The notes under the pieces were generated by a model. It did not search any database and was not told the origin of the DNA. It worked only from the letters and a program-made list of their open reading frames with translations. Below are positions 59,040 to 64,000 of a DNA stretch of 64,000 bases, one piece after another (the stretch's first letter is position 1; the number at the start of each line of letters is the position of its first letter). The translations under genes and the position numbers were made by a program. Origin of the DNA: a virus (lineage: Duplodnaviria > Caudoviricetes); the IMG/VR virus record IMGVR_UViG_3300036958_000333, positions 128,001 to 192,000 of that record. One strand, 5' to 3'.

Positions 59040-59681
59040 ATGTATTGGGGTGATTTATCAAATACGAAAAGAGAAATGTTATTAAATGAAAAAATTATTT
59101 CCCCAGAAAAAGTTCATAAACCAAAAGCTGAAATATTTAAAGAACCATCTTATGTCGAGGTTGTAAACAACAGAGTATATTTTTATTCATATGTTGGGTC
59201 ATCAGAAATATTACAATTAAATAGAAGAATAACAGAATTAAATAATAATTTATTAGTAGATGCAATTACACAGAGTAGGGAGCCGGCATCTATATTTTTA
59301 CATGTACACAGTTTTGGAGGATCTATATTTTCTGGTTTATGTGGAATGGATGAAATTAAAAACTCTAAAGTTCCTATAGTAACAATAGTTGACGGATGCT
59401 GTGCAAGTGCAGCAACATTTTTAACGGTAGTTGGTAAAAAAAGACTAATATATGAAAATAGTTTTATGTTAATACATCAATTATCTACTTTTTTCTGGGG
59501 AAAATTTGACGAGATGCAAGACGAGCATGAAAACTGTACTGTTTTAATGGAAACAATAAAAAGAATAATGGATAAATATACCAAAATACCTTCTAAAAAA
59601 ATAAATGAAATATTAAAACACGATTTATGGTTTGATTCTAAAAAATGTTTAGAATATGGTTTAGTTGACGAAATAATATAA
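59040..59681 (+). CDS. clpP: ClpP-like serine peptidase
   Basis: HSFGGS, G.CASAAT (Ser), MLIHQ (His), D.WF....CLEYGLVDEI. Confidence 0.88.
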   Translation: MYWGDLSNTKREMLLNEKIISPEKVHKPKAEIFKEPSYVEVVNNRVYFYSYVGSSEILQLNRRITELNNNLLVDAITQSREPASIFLHVHSFGGSIFSGLCGMDEIKNSKVPIVTIVDGCCASAATFLTVVGKKRLIYENSFMLIHQLSTFFWGKFDEMQDEHENCTVLMETIKRIMDKYTKIPSKKINEILKHDLWFDSKKCLEYGLVDEII

Positions 59682-59693
59682 AGAGAGATTTTT

Positions 59694-60527
59694 ATGAAAC
59701 ACGAAGAAGAACAATATTTAGAATTATTAAATCTTGTTTTGAATAAAGGAAAGAAAAGAAAAGATAGAACTGGTGTTGGAACAATATCTTTATTTAGTCC
59801 TCCAGATCAAATTTATGATTTGTCTAATGGAGATTTTCCATTATTTACGACTAAAAAAATGTATTTTAATGGTGTTAAAGCAGAAACATTATGGTATCTT
59901 AAAGGCGATGATAATATAAAATTTTTAAAAGATAATAAATGTAATATATGGAACGATTGGGCGGACAAAGACGGAAATTTGGGTCCTTTATATCCGGTTC
60001 AATTTTGCGATGTTCACGAATATGATAGAAAAAAACAATCTATAACAGGAAAAACCATTAATCAGGTTAAAAATTGTATAAATTTAATTAAAAACTTTCC
60101 AAACAGCAGAAGAATTCTTATAAATTTATATAATGTTCAAGAAATTAATTTTATGGCATTACATCCTTGTCATTATGCTTATAACTTTTATGTAGACGAA
60201 GACTATTTAAATTTAAAAGTTATAATTAGAAGTAACGATTTGGCATTAGGGCATCCATTTAATGTTGCATTTGCATCATTATTTTTATCAATGATTTGTC
60301 AATGTACTGATAAGAAACCTGGAAAATTAGTTATAGATATATGTGATGCTCATATATATTTAAACCATATTGATAAAGTTAAAGAACAAATAAAGAGAAA
60401 ACCATTTAATTTTCCAAAATTATCATTAAATAAAAATATAAAAGATATATTTGAATTTAAAATGGACGATATTTCTATATTTGATTATAAACATCATGAT
60501 ACAATAAAATTTGACATAGCTGTATAA
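59694..60527 (+). CDS. thyA: thymidylate synthase
   Basis: DRTGVGT, FPL.TTKK, IWNDWA, SRR, MAL.PCH, RS.D..LG.PFN, DAHIY.NH. Confidence 0.96.
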   Translation: MKHEEEQYLELLNLVLNKGKKRKDRTGVGTISLFSPPDQIYDLSNGDFPLFTTKKMYFNGVKAETLWYLKGDDNIKFLKDNKCNIWNDWADKDGNLGPLYPVQFCDVHEYDRKKQSITGKTINQVKNCINLIKNFPNSRRILINLYNVQEINFMALHPCHYAYNFYVDEDYLNLKVIIRSNDLALGHPFNVAFASLFLSMICQCTDKKPGKLVIDICDAHIYLNHIDKVKEQIKRKPFNFPKLSLNKNIKDIFEFKMDDISIFDYKHHDTIKFDIAV

Positions 60528-60530
60528 ATA
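60523..60530 (+). promoter_or_regulatory. T4-type late promoter-like TATAAATA before the tmRNA
   Basis: Exact TATAAATA 7 nt upstream of the tmRNA 5' end; AT-richness limits significance. Confidence 0.4.
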
Positions 60531-60537
60531 ATAATAT

Positions 60538-60878
60538 GGGGGTGAATTAGAATCGACTAAGTTGTTAAAAAAACAATTGCAAGCGGAGCATGTTTTAATA
60601 TCTCCTTAAACTATAAAACAAAAAATAAATGCAAATAATTTTGCTTTAGCTGCTTAGTTGTAGCGATTTTTAATAATATTCTTGTATTTATTAAAAATTT
60701 CACTTATTCGAGATAGTTATATAAAATTATTGTAATTATATAATGAATCTAACAATATAGTTTATATAAAGTTTTTTATTTTTCTTATATAAATTAAATT
60801 AAAAAATAAAAAAGCTTGTAGTATATTGTTTTCTAAACAATTTAGGACGAGAGGAGCATTACCTCTCCACCTCCACCA
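60538..60878 (+). ncRNA. ssrA: tmRNA (SsrA)
   Basis: 5' GGGGGTG...TCGAC pairs with 3' CACCTCC-A-CCA with a G3:U alanine identity pair; GGAC + T-arm GAGAGG/CCTCTC; internal tag ORF ending ALAA. Confidence 0.95.
60631..60657 (+). other. tmRNA tag reading frame ANNFALAA*
   Basis: GCA AAT AAT TTT GCT TTA GCT GCT TAG after an A-rich TAAAT context. Confidence 0.85.
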
Positions 60879-60917
60879 TTTTTTAAACAAAAAATAAAAA
60901 AAACAACAAATAACAAT

Positions 60918-61625
60918 ATGATTAGATTAGTTAAATTTATTGATTATATTAATGAACAAATTAATTTTAGCAAAGCATATTATCACGGAACACCAACAAA
61001 ATATAATTATGAAAATATCAAAAAAAATGGATTAATTCCAAGAGGGTTTAAAGAATATACAAAAAAATATATTGAACATAATAATTATTCTATGATGCCA
61101 TCAACATATGTATTATATCTTACAAAAGATATTTGGCAGGCAGCAAGATATAGTTTTATAAGCGATGACGAAGAATATAATGTATTTAAAGAAAAAGAAC
61201 CATATGGATATATTTTAGAATTTTCACCAGAAGGTTTTGGAAAAATATATGTTGATGAAGATTTACTTGAACATATATTAAGAAATATAATTATATATCC
61301 TGACGGAGAATATGCACAAAAATATCCGTTTTTAATTAATAAAATTAATAGATTTGATGTAAAAAAAATAAAAACGAATAAGGAATTACAAGGAATTGTA
61401 AAAAATATATCAAACTTATTAACAGAAAAACAAGTAGAAGAAATATTAAATAATGAAGATTCAAGAGAAATAGTTTCTAGATATAAAACCTTATTTCCAG
61501 TTCATGGTTATAGGATAAAAAACCAGATGTTAAATTTTTTAAAACAAAAGAAGAATATCAACAGTATACGGAAGAAAATATTGAATCGTTGTTTTAAATT
61601 AAAAAATAATAAGCGTAAATTTTAA
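60918..61625 (+). CDS. ADP-ribosyltransferase-like protein (HGT...YLT class) with capsid-targeting-like N-terminus
   Basis: KFIDYINE; YYHGT...I.KNGL, LYLT.D...A.RY, GYILE, distal EIV. Confidence 0.6.
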   Translation: MIRLVKFIDYINEQINFSKAYYHGTPTKYNYENIKKNGLIPRGFKEYTKKYIEHNNYSMMPSTYVLYLTKDIWQAARYSFISDDEEYNVFKEKEPYGYILEFSPEGFGKIYVDEDLLEHILRNIIIYPDGEYAQKYPFLINKINRFDVKKIKTNKELQGIVKNISNLLTEKQVEEILNNEDSREIVSRYKTLFPVHGYRIKNQMLNFLKQKKNINSIRKKILNRCFKLKNNKRKF

Positions 61626-61647
61626 TATGTAATAAATAGGTGATAAA

Positions 61648-62145
61648 ATGATTTCAATTATTGTTGCAATAAATAATAAAAACGTTATTTCCTCTGATGG
61701 AAAAATCCCATGGAAATGTAAAGAAGATTTGTCTCTTTTTAAAAAATTAACTCTTAACAAACCAGTAATAATGGGTAGAAAAACATTTGAATCTTTAAAT
61801 AATAAACCGTTAAAAAATAGAACAAATATAGTTTTAACATCAAACCCTATTTCTATAAATAAGAAATTTTATGATAATTCTTTTGGTCCATTTATTGTTA
61901 CAGATATAAATACTTCAATAAAAGTAGCTTCAGCTTTTAATAATGAAATAATGATTATTGGGGGAGAATCTATTTACAATCAATTTATGGATTCTAATTT
62001 AGTAGATAGAATATATATTAGTAAAATCAATAATAACGAAAGAGGAAATAAATTTTTTGAAATAAAAGATGTTTCGAAATGGGAAGAAAAAGAATCAAAA
62101 CAATATAACGAATTTATATTTAAAATATATGAAAAAAGAATATAA
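61648..62145 (+). CDS. folA: dihydrofolate reductase
   Basis: ISIIVA, IPW..EDL..FK..T, VIMGRKTFESL, PL.NR.NIVLT, IIGG..IY. Confidence 0.95.
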   Translation: MISIIVAINNKNVISSDGKIPWKCKEDLSLFKKLTLNKPVIMGRKTFESLNNKPLKNRTNIVLTSNPISINKKFYDNSFGPFIVTDINTSIKVASAFNNEIMIIGGESIYNQFMDSNLVDRIYISKINNNERGNKFFEIKDVSKWEEKESKQYNEFIFKIYEKRI

Positions 62146-63727
62146 AATATATTTTCCATACAGTAAAATAAGGCCAATACAAAAAACTGCGTTTGATTTT
62201 ATTTTTTCGAATTTAAATTCAAAAAAATATATCATTTTAGAAGGTCCGGTTGGTTCTGGAAAAAGCGCAATAGCTTATACATTGTCAAAATGGATATTAA
62301 ATAATTATAAACCATCTTGTGATTTTGAAAATGGATCATATATTGTAACTACTCAAAAAATATTACAAGAACAATATATTAATGATTTTAATGATATAGC
62401 AAATATATGGTCAAAAAGTAATTATACATGTAAACATAGAAAAAACATGTCTTGTGATGATGGACAAAGACTTGCTCAAATATTTTCAGACAGTAAAGAA
62501 TCAAAAAAATGTAATATAGACTGTGTTTATAATACAGAGTTTAAAAAATTTTTAGCAAATCCAATAGGAGTTACTAATACGGCATATATATTAAATCAAT
62601 TAACATATAATAAATCCGAAAAACTATCATTAAAAAAAAGAGCATTATTAGTTATAGATGAATGCCATAATTTAGAACAAGCTATTGTTAATTTTGTTTC
62701 AACAAAAATATATAAAAATTTTTGTGAAGAAGATCTTGAAATAGATTATATTAATGACGAAAATTTAGATTTATTAAGTATAAAAAAATGGATATCTGAT
62801 ATATTTATGAAAGGATTAGAAGATAAAATATTAAATATAACTGACGAAATATTATCAATAGATCCTAAAAAACAAAAAGTAAGACCTCTTGTTAAAAAAT
62901 ATAATGATTTAGATAAAATAAAATGTAAAACTGATAGATTTATAAAAATGTTTAATGAAAAAAACTGGGTAGTAACAAAAGAAAATGATTATTTTGAATT
63001 AAAACCTATTTATATTAATCAAATAACACAATCATTATTATTTAATATAAGTGAAAAAATATTATTAATGTCAGGTACAATATTAAACCATGAAACTTTT
63101 TGTCAACATGTCGGAATACCAATAGAAGAATCGTGTTTTTTATCAATGGATTCTCCATTTAAAAAAGAAAATAGAAAAATATTTATATCAAATATAGCAT
63201 CGATGAATTATAAAAATATAGATAGTGGAATTAAGAATATAAATAATGCTGTTCAATATTTATTAAGCCAACACCGTGGTCAAAAAGGAATTATACATAC
63301 TCATACTTATAAAATAGCAAAATACTTAAAAGATAATGATAAAACAAAAAGATTATTGATACATGAAACTAATAATAGAAACGAAATATTAAACAAGCAT
63401 ATAAAATCTAAACATGATACCGTATTAGTTTCTCCTTCTTTTACAGAAGGAATAGATTTAATTGATGAATATAGTAGATTTCAAATTATATGTAAAATTC
63501 CTTTTCCATATTTAAAAGATAATTATATAATAGAAAAAATGAAAAAATGTAAAAACTGGTATGAATGGCAAGTTGCAAAAACAATAATACAAGCTTTAGG
63601 AAGATCTGTAAGATCAGAAAATGACTATGCAATTTCTTATATACTAGATTCGGATTGGAATTTCTTTTATAACAAAAACAATTTCTTGTTCCCGAAATGG
63701 TTTAAAGATTCTATTATTTTTTTATAA
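62129..63727 (+). CDS. DinG/XPD-like SF2 helicase
   Basis: R..Q, EGPVGSGKS, four-Cys segment, IDECHN, MSGT, EGID, Q..GR..RS..D; start moved to ATG 62129. Confidence 0.9.
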   Translation: MKKEYKIYFPYSKIRPIQKTAFDFIFSNLNSKKYIILEGPVGSGKSAIAYTLSKWILNNYKPSCDFENGSYIVTTQKILQEQYINDFNDIANIWSKSNYTCKHRKNMSCDDGQRLAQIFSDSKESKKCNIDCVYNTEFKKFLANPIGVTNTAYILNQLTYNKSEKLSLKKRALLVIDECHNLEQAIVNFVSTKIYKNFCEEDLEIDYINDENLDLLSIKKWISDIFMKGLEDKILNITDEILSIDPKKQKVRPLVKKYNDLDKIKCKTDRFIKMFNEKNWVVTKENDYFELKPIYINQITQSLLFNISEKILLMSGTILNHETFCQHVGIPIEESCFLSMDSPFKKENRKIFISNIASMNYKNIDSGIKNINNAVQYLLSQHRGQKGIIHTHTYKIAKYLKDNDKTKRLLIHETNNRNEILNKHIKSKHDTVLVSPSFTEGIDLIDEYSRFQIICKIPFPYLKDNYIIEKMKKCKNWYEWQVAKTIIQALGRSVRSENDYAISYILDSDWNFFYNKNNFLFPKWFKDSIIFL

Positions 63728-63757
63728 AATAAAATTAATTATCCTAAATTATATTAA

Positions 63758-64000
63758 ATGAATTTAAAAAATATTAATATAGATAAGATTTTAATAGGAC
63801 ATAGTGTACATAGAGATACACCTATTCCTCATGAATATAATGAAGAATTGGATGTTTTACCTATATATGAATTAAAAGATTTAGATTATTCTAAACTAAA
63901 AGTTTTTTCATTAAATATGAAAACAAAAAAAATTGAACTAACAAGTGTTAAATCAATATTAAAACATGAATTTAATGGACAATGGATACAAAACCTCCAA
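63758..64000 (+). CDS. 5' part of a gene with a probable intein after 15 residues (host possibly a DNA methyltransferase)
   Basis: MNLKNINIDKILIGH then SVHRDTPI...LKVFSLN...IE...V..ILKH..G; open to the window end. Confidence 0.6.
   Translation, partial: MNLKNINIDKILIGHSVHRDTPIPHEYNEELDVLPIYELKDLDYSKLKVFSLNMKTKKIELTSVKSILKHEFNGQWIQNLQ

Noticed and set aside
59694..60527. Base-modifying thymidylate synthase homolog (hydroxymethylase)
   Set aside because: Retains the PFN Asn and standard ThyA motifs and sits near DHFR, consistent with ordinary dTMP synthesis
1..64000. Stop-codon reassignment (TAG/TGA recoding seen in some large phages)
   Set aside because: Core genes are long and uninterrupted in the standard code; TAG and TGA end plausible genes and the tmRNA tag
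1..64000. CRISPR array, tRNA or rRNA genes
   Set aside because: No regularly spaced repeats seen; the only CCA-ending acceptor stem found belongs to the tmRNA. An automated tRNA scan was not possible

Overview
Very AT-rich 64 kb segment of a large T4-like (gp13/14/15/18/19/20/21/22/23/55-type) tailed phage genome, read with the standard code. It holds a rearranged virion morphogenesis module: two tail tubes, sheath, neck and terminator proteins, an intein-containing portal, protease, scaffold, major capsid, and a second, frameshifted capsid paralog. Interleaved with it are about 13 glycan-synthesis genes, four related free-standing homing-endonuclease-like genes each beside a core structural gene, and a translation/proteostasis set (bS21, peptide deformylase, Hsp20, ClpP-like peptidase, tmRNA with tag ANNFALAA). 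Also present are SufB-like/SufS, dCMP deaminase, ThyA, DHFR and a DinG/XPD-like helicase. Most notable signals, all read by eye: (1) mirror-image synonymous-codon skews (T>C on one side, A>G on the other) centred on the portal intein and beside the free-standing endonucleases; (2) a dispersed set of proteins with a T4 capsid-targeting-like N-terminus, including an ADP-ribosyltransferase-like protein; (3) a possible virion-glycosylation system; (4) a recurrent upstream motif TTAAGCGA. Family assignments come from recognised motifs, not database searches.
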